Below are positions 11,704 through 24,614 of a DNA stretch of 64,000 nucleotides, one piece after another (the first letter of the stretch is position 1; each line of letters starts with the position of its first letter). This DNA comes from Octopus vulgaris (lineage: Eukaryota), in contig OX597843.1 in NCBI GenBank assembly GCA_951406725.2, forward strand, positions 310,001 through 374,000. Reading direction: 5' to 3'. A model generated the notes under the pieces. The model made no database searches. It was not told where the DNA came from and worked only from the letters and a program-made list of their open reading frames with translations. Position numbers and translations under genes: made by a program.

Positions 11704-14203
11704 ATTTCAGTTTGTATGTGCATTTCGGTACTCACACACACGCATGCATACATACATATATACTGATACATACACGCACACAGATATGTACTCTTTCTCT
11801 TTTACTTGTTTCAGTCATTTGACTGCGGCCATGCTGGAGCACCGCCTTTAATTGAGCTTTGAAGCACTGGTGTCTGACATACACACGCACAGAGTATTAG
11901 ATAGAGCAGTGGTTTTCAACCAGGGTTCTGCAAGAAGTTAGAAAACTGCTAAAATCAGCAGAAATTTTTAATTCTCCTGTGCAGATATGTGTGCATAAGA
12001 CTATTAGATTATTGCACAGGGGTTCCTCGAACCAGCATCGGTTGTCAAGCAATGCTAGGGGGACAAACACACACACATATATTTATATATATATATACGA
12101 CAGGTTTCTTTCAGTTTCCGTCTACCAAATCCACTCACAAGGCATTGGTTGGCCTGAGGCTATAGCAGAAGACACTTGCCCAAGATGCCACGCAGTGGGA
12201 CTGAACCCGGAACCATGTGGTTGGTAAGCAAGCTACTTACCACACAGCCACTCCTGCTTAGTTAAATAAGTTATTCTCTCAAAAATTAAGTAAAAAAAAA
12301 AAAAAAAACGGTAAAATAATCCAGAAACCTTGTCCAGTGCTGGATCGATCCCAAAATGTAACCAGTTTGTGCCAACCATACGGCCTAACATCCCTGAAAG
12401 TTTCATCCAAATCCATCCAGTGGTTCTTGAGATATCTTGTCCACGGATAAACAAATGCAACTGAAAACAATACCTCTACCTTCGCTAAAGCAGAAGTAAT
12501 AAAAAAAAGCCAAATACACGAATCCAGAAAAAGAATACATGTTTATTTCCAAAATTAAAAAACTGTCTTTATTACGATCGTCATTATCATAGTAACGATA
12601 ATGATAATCCGCTTCAACATCATCATCATAATCATAACCATCAATATCATATAGTGGAAGCACCCCACCCCACCTTCTCTTTAGTACATTAGGATATCTT
12701 TACTCTCTTTCATTCTTTCTTTTTTATTATTATTATTATTTTTTTTTTAACTTTTCCAAAAGTTCCTTTTATTTATATATATGTTACACTGAACGGTTGT
12801 GGAGATTTAAAGATGTGAAGGGGGGGAAAGGAAGGGTGGGGGTAGGGGGACCCAAGTAGTCCTCCCGGTTTTTTTTTTTTATTATTATTCTTCTTAGGGA
12901 CCACTTACAATACCAATATGTACTTTGCATGGGTTCAGTTTTGATCTCTTATGAGCAGGTGCTTTATATTATATATAACATCTGTCTGTATATTTGTGTA
13001 AAGCATGTGTATATACACACATGCATGCACAACTGTACATATATATTTATCAAAATAAAAACATGATGCAAAGGATTTAGCAGTACATATGTTTCTGGCT
13101 TTTATTAGACGGTTTATATCAATGCATAATTTTGACATGCAAATTACATCAATTATGCATTGATATAAACCGTCTAATAAAAGCCAGAAACATATGTACC
13201 GCTAAATCCTTTGCATCATGTTTTTATTTTGATAAATATACTCTATCACCTACACCACTAAACGGCATATACAGGTGCTTACAATTATCAAGTATTCACC
13301 CTGAATTTTTTGTACCCATATATATGTGTGTGTATATATATATGTGTGTGTGTGCACATGTATGTATATATATATACACAAAACGATATCTAACCCATGC
13401 AAGCATTGAAAAACACAGATATAATTCACATTTATAGGAAAAAAAAAATGACACACGTCACATTATATATACACATAGGTATATATGTGTGTGTGTATAT
13501 AATTATACACACAAACATGTACAAATCTACATACATGTAGTTATTTAGTGCAAGGTTTCACTAACACAGAAATAGGAAAATACAAGACAAATATTCACTT
13601 TTGATGGTTATTGCTGTTGTCGTGGTAGTGTAGATGTTCTCATGTATGTAGGTGAGTATGTATGTATGTGTGTGTGTGTGTGTATATATATATATGCTTG
13701 TGAATACCAGTTGAGGCAAGTGAAATTGAAGTCGAAATCAAACTCGGTGACTGGCATCCATTGCTAGTGGAGCGCTAAGGGTACCATACGAGTGAGATCG
13801 TTGCCAGAGCAACAAGCTGGCCTCCGTACCGATGGCACGTTTAAGCACACCATTCGAGCATGATGGTTACCGCGTCGCCTTACTAGCACTTGTGCTGGTG
13901 GCACGTGAAACATTCAAGCGATGTCGTTGCCAGTGCCGCTGGACTGGCTCCTGTGCAGGTGGCACGTAAAAAACCACTATTTGGACGTGGCCGTTGCCAG
14001 TACCGCCAAACTGGCCCCCCGTGCCGGTGGCATGTAAAAGCACCCACTACACTCTCGGAGTGGTTGGCGTTAGGAAGGGCATCCAGCTGTAGAAGCACTG
14101 CCAGATCAGATTGAATTCTGGTTCGCCAGACCTCAATCAAATCGTGCAACCCATGCTTGCATGGAAAGCGGATGTTAAATGATGATGATACATATATATA
14201 TAC

Positions 14204-14434
14204 TTTATTTAAAAGCAGCAGAAAATTCAACAAAACCTGTTACTCTGAGTTTTACGTTCCTGTTCGTCGGACAGTTTTTTTTCTAGCAAAAACTGTCCTA
14301 CGAACGGGAATGTGAAACTCAGAGTAACAGATTTTGTTGAATTTTCTGCTGCTTTAAATAAAGCATATTACTCTACCACTGGTATTTGAGTACTCTTTTT
14401 TTCCACCTTGTTTCACATTTATGTATTTACTCCG
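14204..14434. mobile_element. Penelope-like terminal repeat with inverted duplication, holding two hammerhead motifs
   Basis: Palindrome about 14204-14362; tail 14344-14434 recurs at 53986-54078. Confidence 0.65.
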
Positions 14435-16965
14435 GTGTGTGTGTTTTTATATATATAACAGTATATGGATTCAAGTAATCTGGTAGTAGTACTCAGTAAA
14501 AAAGCTCCTTAATCTATGATTCTATTAACTATAGTAATATACAAGAGAAAATGATTTTATTATTACTACTATTATTACATGCTTTTAAGCTACGAAATAA
14601 TTTATCATTGAAATTAGAATTTTCTTATTGTTAAATAAAATTTCTGTTTATATTTATTATACATGTTGCACTCGAGGTTGTGGGTTCGATTCCTAGACTG
14701 GGTGTTGCAGAGTGTTCTTCAGCAAAGCACTTCATTTCATGCTTCTCTGTGAGCTTATGTCCACACAAACTGGAGCACCGCATTTAGATGGAAGGGAAGA
14801 AACTAAACCAGGGTCATGTTTTGGATTACTGTATTATTTGTTCTTCTCATTACGCTTTTGGTAAAGGTGTAAAAAGACTTTTGGACCACCCAGTGCATAT
14901 ATATATAATTTAAAAATAGGATTATCTCTTTATAAGAATTTATCAAGTAGTTAGCGTGAAAAACCTCATAAGAGAAAAAGAACCATCAATTTTTTTTTCT
15001 TTTAAATTTATTTATATTATATAGAGGGTACTATTACGCATAGATGCCTCACGCTGGGAGGCACTCTTATGGAGTCCCTCCCAGCGTGAGGCATCTATGT
15101 GTAATAATGCCCTCTATATATACTGTTCAGTATTGAAAAAATATATCTTTCTACTCGTTATATATATGGAGGTGCAATGGCAGCAGACTCGCGGTTTCGA
15201 TTCCCAGACTGGGTACTGTGAGTGTTTATTGAACGAAAACACCTAAAGTTCCATGAAGCTCCGACAGGGGGCTGGTGGCGAACCTTGCTGTATCTGTATT
15301 TCAAAGGGCCAGCTTTTGTCATGCTGAATCTCCCCGAGAGCTAAGTTACGGTACACGTGTCTGTGGAGTGCTCAGCCACTTGCACGTTAATTTAACGAGC
15401 AGGCTGTTCCGTTGATCAGATCAACTGGAACCTGTATCGTCGTAACCGACAGTGCCACCATGACGATATATATATACATACACACACACACACATGTATT
15501 TAGTTGTATGTATGAATTTATACATGAGGTATATATATACCAGTGTGTTGTTTTTTACCTACCCATACACAAGCAAGCAGTACTTGAATACCAAATGTCG
15601 AGGAAGTTACTATTTTATTAAAGCCAAAAAATACCTTCAGAAACTGTTACAGATCTCCACATGACTGCTTATCAAACAGTTGAGATAATGCAGAGCAATC
15701 TGTATTTTTGGCTTCATTCCTTGGTTTTGTGTGTGTGTTTGACGTTTTTCTGGTGTCCCATATATGCATGTAGATGTATGTATGTATATGTTTTATTTAT
15801 TAATTTGTTATATATGAGTGAGGTATATACTCATCTGTGTGTATGTTTATCTAAATTTTATTTGTTCAGCAAAGTTTTAGTGTTTACAATACAACAACGA
15901 AACAATAATCATAGCAGCCTTGATTCCCTGGACATGCCATCTGGTAGAGGTAGACATCACAACCAGAAATGGTTATGTTTGGGCAGGGGGAGATAACTGG
16001 AACTTTAACATTATGTCCCCCATCATCACCACCTCAACAATTGTCTAGTCTCCCTCACTTTAACTTTCCCCTCCATCTCATAATAGTAATACTGAAATTT
16101 GTGGGTCGGGGACTAGCTGATTACATCGACCCCAGTGTTTCACCGCTTTGGTGAAACCATAGGTTCCAGTGATGAATATTCCAAAAGGATGAAAGGCAAA
16201 GTCGACCTCAGAGGAATTTGAACTCAGAATGTAAAGACAGACGAAATACCGCAAAGCATTTTGTCCGGCGTTCTAACGATTCTGCCAGTTTTTAATACAG
16301 GTACGTGGGCAGGGGTAAGTTGATATTGACTGCTACTCTATTCCATCAACCCTAGAAGGGGTAAAAGGCAATGTTAGCCCTGGCGACATTCAAAGAGTTG
16401 GAAGAAATACTGCAAAACATTATGTCAGAGTTCCAGTAAATCTGTCAGCTTGCTACCTTAATAATAATCCTTTCTACTATAGGCACAATGCCTGAAATTT
16501 AAGTGATGGGGATAGTCAGTTACATTGACCCCAGTGCATAACTGATACTTACTTAATCGACCCCCATGAAAGGCGAAGTTGACCTCAGCAGAACGTAAAG
16601 GTGGACCAAATGCCATGAAGCGTTTTGCATGATGTGCTAACGATTCTGCCAGCTTGCTGCCTTCCATCATAATAATAATAATGGTGGTTCCTAGGCCACA
16701 GGGCTGGCAATTTTGGCGGTAGAGGGTAAGATGATGACTTTGACCATAATATTTTAATAGTACTTTATTTTATAAACCCCCAAAAGGATGAAAGGCAAAG
16801 TTCACCTTGGCAGTGTTATAAGAAGAATTTCATATATATATTAATGAATGGAGAAGTGTGACTGAATCTTCACCTGTGAACACAATTTTTACTTCACTTT
16901 CGTTTGCATTCTGGTTTCAATTTCTACCAAGGTGGACTTATCCCTTTCAATAATTTTTTTTTCAG

Positions 16966-17082
16966 AGGTGTTGATCAAAATAGAGCAGCAAGGACACACA
17001 GACAAAGAGAGAGACACATGGAGCAAAACAGTGGAAGTTTCACCTGGAAAATAGAAATACTTACAAAAAAACTGACTGAAAG
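16966..17082 (+). CDS. Candidate exon of the plus-strand transcript
   Basis: tttttttttcag|A GGT...GAA AG|gtaaga, 117 nt, open in phase 2->2 (GVDQNRAARTHRQRERHMEQNSGSFTWKIEILTKKLTE). Confidence 0.5.
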
Positions 17083-17979
17083 GTAAGATTGGTCTTATTT
17101 TTTTGTATTGGGGGGTGGATTAGGGGTACTTATGGGTGTTATCAAATAGAGTCTTTGGAAAATAGCTTCTGGATGAAAAAAAAACATGACGGATAGATGT
17201 AAGTGTTTTTTCAAAAACACATGTTCACAAACATGCATATATTTACATAAAAAATACACCCAGCTATATATACACACATATATATATATGCTAGGGTGTA
17301 CAAACAGGAGAAGAAAAAAAATATTCATTAAAATGTAATAAGTGATAGTTTATTTCTCATTTCAAAGTTTTATGATTCGCTTTGTTGCTACTCTGAGTTT
17401 CGTTTCTTTTACATTCTCCTATTGGCTTCCCTTTAATTTGATCAGGAGACAATAAGCCGAAATTTTTCCATCATCACAGTTTTTGGTCATCTGAGTGAAT
17501 GAATGGAGCTACGTGGAGAGTATAGGGGGTATGCTCTGAGTACTCTTGGAACAAACAACCCACTTTGCGTGTATTTATATGCACACATACACTCGTGTTT
17601 AGTGCTGACTATCGGAAGAAAGAGTACTCACCTGGGGACCCCGTGCACCTACAGGTGAAACTCAGAGTAGCAAGAGACTGACTTGAACTATATATATGTA
17701 TATATATAATCTTGCTTTATATGCGAACCAATAATAAAATAAAGGGGTGTATATACAAGTTATAAAGCTCACACAGACATATATTTATATATTCACACAT
17801 TTATATATAAAAATACAAATATACACAAAATTCACTGAGAAAGAATCACTAATGTTGACAAATATATATAATATATATTGTATATTATATAGATATATTA
17901 TATATAAATTAGGTAAAATATGGTGTATCCTCCGTAATTTTTTAGTTTTTTTTTTTTCTTCAATATATTTCATTTTTAG

Positions 17980-18083
17980 AGCCATCACGGCCAAGAACCA
18001 TGCCAGAGCACCGCTTTCGTGAAACCATGGGTTCCAGCGATGAATATTCCAGTTGTCCAAATTAACAGGGCTGCGTACACATT
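17980..18083 (+). other. Candidate exon of the plus-strand transcript (stop-containing in phase 2)
   Basis: catttttag|AGC...ATT|gtaagt, 104 nt; unique, more GC-rich island in AT-rich DNA. Confidence 0.45.
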
Positions 18084-20124
18084 GTAAGTAAAATGTTTAA
18101 GTAATTCGGCAGACTATTGTTTTTCTGTAAAGTAACCTCCGCACACAGGCTTTTAGTGTGACACAAAATATATAAATACACGCATGCACTTGTGTGTGGA
18201 GTGGTGGTGCTGGTGTGGATGGATACCTACACGCATCATTGTATAACAGAACAAATGTGTAAATATTCCTCAGACACTTGCATCCTTATTTTAATTCTAA
18301 TACATATCTGGCCAGATGTTACAATTTTTGTCTCCTCAGAGAAGACAAGGGTTTTATCTGACTAGGTCAGAAAAAGACAATAAGCCCCGATTATCTTCAC
18401 ATCACTGGGACCTTATTTTTAGGTCAGTACAATCACTCAGTCAAATACACGCACACATGTATATACATCCCTTCTACAATGAAATTTAGTGGGGAGGGGC
18501 AAGGCTAGTATATTACATCAATTACCTAATTAAATAATCTTCTAGGTGACTCAGTATTCCAGACATGTGTGCTCTTAACATAATTCCCCGACAGTATCTA
18601 CATTTTGTGTGTGTGTATATATATATAAAACACACATTTGATCAGTAAATTATAGTATCTATATAGCATACTATGCAATATACCTGCGTGTATGTATATA
18701 TACAAAACACAATGTTGTGGAGGGCTTCTTTCATGCAACAGTATACGCGTGGCATGGCTGCTGTGTGGTGTATATTGAAGGGTATGTATATATAAAATTA
18801 GTGGGTGTTTACACTGATTTCTATATCTACTTCAGAAGGATGAAAGGCACAGCCGACCGTTGTGTGATTTGAACTCAGAATGTAAAAGCCAGCATTTTGT
18901 TCGACATACCGATTCCTCCAGATGCATTATGGGATGATAAAGATACCCACTAATGTGATGGGGAGAGAAGGAGTTGGCAGAGGGAGGGATGGAAGACTGG
19001 GGAGGGGTCATTGTACCAGTGGCGCAAGGCTTAAAGTTTTGGAGGACATGGCTAGTTGATAGAACCCCCTCACCTCTGCTTCAAGGAGGCTGGGATAATC
19101 CGAAACGAAAAAGTGTTACCCCTTTCCTAGGTTCTCTGCTTCCGAACTCCCATCTGTTTCTCTTGGAGAAACTCAGTAAAGGGGGGCCTCAGATGTAGAG
19201 GTAATGTGGCTTCCTACCCACTACAGCCTTTCAACAAGGGTCAGGCTGTTCATCAAGGAGCGGGGGGGGGGGACAGGGTACTGGACCAGCAGGACACTGA
19301 GGCTAACACACATTCATATGAAGGAATACTGCAAATGCATCAGGGGAGGGTCACCCTGTCCACGAAGGAGGAGATATGATATAGTGAAGGTATTGGGGAT
19401 AAGGGAAGGACCCAGGTGATTAAAACAGAACCCTGCAGCTCCCAAACCGTTTTGACTAGTACTTCTTCATGTTATCACTCTCACCCCTTCTCCACCCACC
19501 TGCCCAGGAATGATCAAAGGGTCAAGTTCACCATAGTGAGATCTGAACCATGGGACCTAAGATATATGTATAGTGGGGAAGTGTAAGGGAGATAGAGCAG
19601 AGAAGTGGGTTTGTAGTAAAAGCACCTGACGTCGAACACCAGATCCAACGCTACCAACCAAACCTCTCCTGCTAGTGAAATTGTTGACCAAGTTTGGAGA
19701 TTCTTCACTCACTTGGGTAATGTGTGTTTCAATATTTATTTACTTCTCTATTCTATTCACCACAGGTGGTCTTTGAACTTCAGAATGCCCAGTTTCTCCT
19801 TATGCACACAGTGAGATTGAACTTAGGGCCTCATGGTTGCAAAGCGAACTTCTTAACCATAGTGCACCAGTGTGTGTGTATATATATAATTATTATTTGA
19901 GGGGAAAAAAAAATCTTAACTTACAAGGAAAAAGAATTCAATTTAGAAATACTAAATCAAATTCCACACAATATAGTATATTAGAAAATAATGAATATAT
20001 ATATACCTATTATATTATTTTTGTAATTTACTTAATCTTTACTTTTTAATTTAAACTTTTCTATTATATGTAATTTAATTGTTCATTTTGAATTGATAAC
20101 AGATGGGTTTTTTATATATATACA

Positions 20125-20590
20125 TACACAAGGGGTCCTGAAAAGTTCTTGGTTTTAAGGGTATCGCAAAAGATCATGATGGTATACTGTTCTCTTTTTT
20201 TGCAGATTTAATGTATGATGGCAGCTCCTGCAGTGAAATTGAAGCACATGCGGTCATGATGTTCCTCCATTTGAAAGGCAAAGGAGCAGCGGAAATCTAT
20301 GGGGACAAGAAGGAAACCTTGAAGGCAGGCTGGTTGCCCATCTTACTCCAGTGAAAATCTGAGTGTCGAGGTCACAGATGAACCCCAGCCAGGACGGCCA
20401 ACTCATGTGACCACAGAGGACAAAACTGATGCTGTGGCTGTCATGGCCTGATTCTCGAGGACCACTGGATTCCAGCTAAAGTCATAGCTGAGACTCTTGG
20501 GATTTCCCATGAAAGAGTTGGCCACAACAGTCTGGACATGAGAAAGGCTTTCGGCAGACAACGGCTCAAACAAGACCAGCCACATTCTCA
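20125..20590 (+). pseudogene. Mariner transposon remnant (left TIR plus N-terminal HTH region)
   Basis: TIR-like acaaggggtcctgaaaagttcttgg; fragments AVMMFLHLKGKGAAEIY, DEPQPGRP, VIAETLGISHERV, LDMRK. Confidence 0.75.
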
Positions 20591-21232
20591 TTGCAGTTCA
20601 CCCTGGGTTTGTTCTTTAAACAGGAATAGATACACACACACACATCCTTTGGTTTACTTACTTGAGTCATTTGACTGCACAGCCATGCTGGAGCACTGCC
20701 TTAAAGGATTTTAGATGAAGAAACCAACCCCAGGACGTATTCTTTGTAAGCCTAGTTCTTATTCTATCGGTCGCTTTTGCTGATCTGTATATATGGTAAT
20801 CAAACTGAGAAACAAGGACCCAATGCTTGTAGCAGTGTATGTATATACTTAACTATATATTCATAAACACACACGTACATATATATTACATCACCTGCCA
20901 CAAGCTCCCAGGAATTTAAAATTTATACCCACTTCCTCTATGTATACAATTCAACACCCTTGTTACTCCACACACACATATACACCAATTGAGGTTCAAT
21001 CCTTAGAGCTGCCATTTCAAAAAAAGAGAGGTAGACAAAGTAAGAGAGAGAGTCTGTCGAATGTAAGAAGTTCATTTTAGTGATTTGAAGATTCCGTTTC
21101 CACATCAGTTCTGTGTTGTCTTTGGGTATGTATATATATATGTGTGTGTGTATATATCTATGTGCGTGTATGTTCATTTACTGTGGGAGAATTTATGAGA
21201 CATAGGTAGGCTGGGGTAAAGTCACCTACCTA

Positions 21233-21437
21233 TTTCTTTATTACCCACAAGGGGACAGACATAGGTATTAAGTCGATTACATCGACCCCAGTGCGTAGCT
21301 GGTACTTAATTTATCGACCCCGAAAGGATGAAAGGCAAAGTTGACCTTGGCGGAATTTGAACTCAGAACGTAAAGACAGACGAAATACCGCTAAGCATTT
21401 CGCCCGGCGTGCTAACGGTTCTGCCAGCTCGCCGCCA
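21233..21437 (-). mobile_element. Young SINE family C copy with 15-bp TSD
   Basis: aaagtcacctaccta at 21218-21232 and 21438-21452. Confidence 0.85.
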
Positions 21438-21490
21438 AAAGTCACCTACCTACTATACACACAGAAACGTTGTGTGTGTATATATACGTA

Positions 21491-21496
21491 TTTATT
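21491..21496 (-). promoter_or_regulatory. Candidate polyadenylation signal (AATAAA on minus strand) for the KLHL gene
   Basis: tttatt on plus strand about 290 nt downstream of the stop; motif only, in AT-rich context. Confidence 0.25.
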
Positions 21497-21783
21497 TGTG
21501 CATGTATATATGTTTATATATATCTCAATAATAAGGATTATTATGAAGTAGCATAGCATTACCAATGGAATGAGACATAGGTGTGTGTGTGTTTGTATGT
21601 ATAAATGTCTGTGGCAAGTGTTCATGTATATGTGTATACTTAGAATATAATATACACACAAACAGATAATGTGTGTGTTGGTCTGTGGAATTAGATGAAG
21701 ACAGAGAATTTTCGGCGCATTTTGGGGAAGAATCCTGAAGGCCATTTCTTGAGCAACGCCAAAGTTCTTCTGTGGCTTCGTAG

Positions 21784-21846
21784 TCAGCTGGTACTGCTCA
21801 CGTGGACGACACATGCTCCAGCTCGGCCGGTACATAGTGGTGCAGC
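21784..21846 (-). CDS. KLHL5: KLHL1/4/5-family last coding exon with stop
   Basis: tttttttag|GCT GCA CCA...AGC TGA; AAPLCTGRAGACVVHVSSTS*, matching the family C-terminal APLCxGRAGACVV motif. Not in the ORF track in this frame. Confidence 0.93.
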   Translation of the reverse strand, partial: AAPLCTGRAGACVVHVSSTS

Positions 21847-22355
21847 CTAAAAAAAACAGAATGAGTAACAGTGAGGACTAACATAAAAAAATTTTTTCTT
21901 TTTTTAAACTCTTATTCTAGTTGTGATCGTGATGGGAGCAAAACCTTTTGGGGGTTTATGTCGATTATACATCTTCTATCTTTGTTTCAGCCACTGGACT
22001 GCAGCCATGTATGGGTGTATGTATATATATGTTTGTATATGCCTTGAAGTATTTTTGCCAAAGAAATCGACCACAGCAATTATTATTTTTTGTTAAGCCT
22101 GGCACTTATTCTATCAGTCTCTTTTGCAGAACTGCTAAGTTACATGGAAGGAAAAACACCTACACAAGCAGTGGTGGGGAGTGAAGAAACACACACTCTC
22201 TCGATGGTCTTCTTTCAGTTTCCACCTACCAAATCCATTCACAAGGTTTTTCAATGGCCTGAAGCTAATGTAGAAAGCACTTGCCCAAGGTGCCATGCAG
22301 TGGGACTGAACCCGGAACCATGTGTTGGGAAGCAAGCTCCTTACCTCATATATTT

Positions 22356-22575
22356 AAAAGGGGTTGCTGAAAAGTAACAGGCTTTTGGTTTATTGCGAAA
22401 GACCTGGCTGGAGGCCCAACCTTCTGAGTTCTTTTACAGGGCTTAGAAAAACCGAAGAACCGCTGCAATAAGTGTGTGAATCTGAGAAGGGAATATGTTG
22501 AATAGAATCATAATTAACTGATCCTACTGTGTTTTACTTTTACCGAAAGCCAAGAACTTTTCAGTGGCACATCAA
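22356..22575 (+). mobile_element. Internally deleted mariner (MITE)
   Basis: gctgaaaagt...acttttcagt inverted ends; encodes GLEKPKNRCNKCVNLRREYVE*, resembling the mariner transposase C-terminus. Confidence 0.7.
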
Positions 22576-22729
22576 CATACCTACAGCTATCCATGTACAC
22601 ACACACTTATAAACACCTATGCATGCATACACATCTACAATGGCCAGGGTACTTATACCTACAGCCAGTCGGATATACACACGCACTGCACAGATGCAGT
22701 GCTCTCTCCGACCGCTCGCCATCACTTAC

Positions 22730-22901
22730 CTTGCTCCATTCGTTGGTCACTGGGTCATAACACTCAACATCATGAAGGTACTGTTGACCGTCATATCCGC
22801 CGACGGCGTACAGTCTGTCTCCGAGTAGACACACTCCTACTGCATCCCGGGGGGTACTCATTGCAGCAATCATAGTCCACTGGTCTGTTTTGGGGTCATA
22901 C
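22730..22901 (-). CDS. KLHL5: KLHL1/4/5-family exon, kelch repeats
   Basis: caacag|G TAT GAC...AAG|gtaagt, 172 nt, phase 2->0; [57 protein letters not shown]. Confidence 0.97.
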
Positions 22902-24009
22902 CTGTTGAGGGGGTAGAGAAAGAAACGGAGTACAGTATTACATTGCTGTGTAGAAATGTATGTATATTCTTTTACTTGTTTCAGTTAATTGACTGCGGCC
23001 ATGCTGGAGCACCACCTTTAGTCGGGAAAATCGACCCCAGGACTTATTCTCTGTAAGTCTAGTACTTATTCTATCGGTCTCTTTTGCCGAACTGCTAAGT
23101 TACGGGGACATAAACACACCAACATCGGTTGTCAAGCAACGATATCAGATAAAAAGACACAAACATATATATATACATACTTACATATGTATACAACAGG
23201 CTTCTTCCAGGTTCAATCTACCAAATCCAGTAACAAGTCTTTGATCGGTCTGAGACTATGGTAGGGGGTGCCATGCAGTGGGATTGAATCTAGAACCATG
23301 TGGTTGGCAACCAAGCTACTTACCACACAGCTACTCCTCTCTCTATATATATATTTACAATGGGCTTAGATATATTCTTTGTTTCAGTCATTTGACTGTG
23401 GCCATGCTGCAGCAGTGTCTTCAAACAAATCGACTCCAGGATTTATTCTTTGTAAGTCTAGTACTTATTCTATTGGTCTCTTTTATTGTAACAGGGACGT
23501 AAACACACCAGTGGCGATGGGGGACAAAAACGTCCACACATACCATTTATTTATATACGACGGGCTTCTTTCAGTTTCCGTCTACCAAATCCACTCACAA
23601 GGCTTTGGTTGATCCAAGATTATAGTAGAAGACACTTGCCCAAATTACTACACAGTGAGACAACTCCTAACCATTTGATCAGGAAGCAAGCTTCTAACCA
23701 CACAACCATGCCTGCACCTATCGCACACTGGATGAAATGCTTAGCAATATTTCACCCGTTGCTATGTTCAAATTCTGCCTAAGTCAACTTTGCTTTTCAT
23801 CCTTTCAGGGTCAATAGAATAAGTACCAGTTGAACACTGGGGAGGGGTCGATGTAATCGACTTGTCCCCTTACTCCAAATTGCTGCCCTTGTAGGAAAAT
23901 TTGAAATTATTATTACTATTTTTTTTCCTTTTTAATCAGTAGAAGATTACAAATGTTGTTCAGGGGAGAAAGGTTTCATGCATAGTGCTTATCAAATTAG
24001 TGTGTACAA

Positions 24010-24380
24010 TGACAATCCAAACAAGACCACCCCCACTGTTCCACCACAAGCATCATCAATATACAGACAATTCTACCATGACCACCCCACTATACAAACA
24101 GTTCCACCACAAGCATCATCAATATACAGACAATCCTATCATGACCACCTCCACAATACTGACACTCCGAACAAGACCACCCCACCATACTAACAGTTCC
24201 ACCACGAGCATCATCAATATACAGACAATCGTACCATGACCACCTCTACAATACTGACAATCCTGCCATTTTGACAATCCCACTACAAGCAACTTCAATG
24301 TAGAGAGACGATCACGACAATCCTGCCACAACCATCTCCACCTTACTGACAGTCGCACGGCACAATCTCACCATGACCAT
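24010..24380. repeat. Degenerate CA-rich minisatellite
   Basis: Repeats of gttccaccacaagcatcatcaatatacagacaat...catgaccacc. Confidence 0.7.
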
Positions 24381-24401
24381 CAATTGTATTGGGTTGCTTA
24401 C

Positions 24402-24614
24402 CTTTCTGCACAGTCGAATCTACAACAGGTGGGATTGGAAGCCGGGGCCTCGTGCCCTCCCACAGCATAGAGGAAGCCATTGCAGGTGCTGACACCTACA
24501 CCTCCTCTACGTTTAGACATGGTCGTACATGCTGTCCACTTGTTGGTGTGAGGGTCAAAGCACTCAACCGACTTCAGGCACGAACTACCATCTCGGCCCC
24601 CAACAGCATACAAT
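24402..24614 (-). CDS. KLHL5: KLHL1/4/5-family exon, kelch repeats
   Basis: ttccag|A TTG...GAA AG|gtaagc, 213 nt, phase 2->2; [26 protein letters not shown]...KRRGGVGV...[13 protein letters not shown]. Confidence 0.97.

Noticed and set aside
18974-19720. Unique, more GC-rich stretch with short ORFs
   Set aside because: No recognisable domain or coherent splice signals; probably an old retroelement relic
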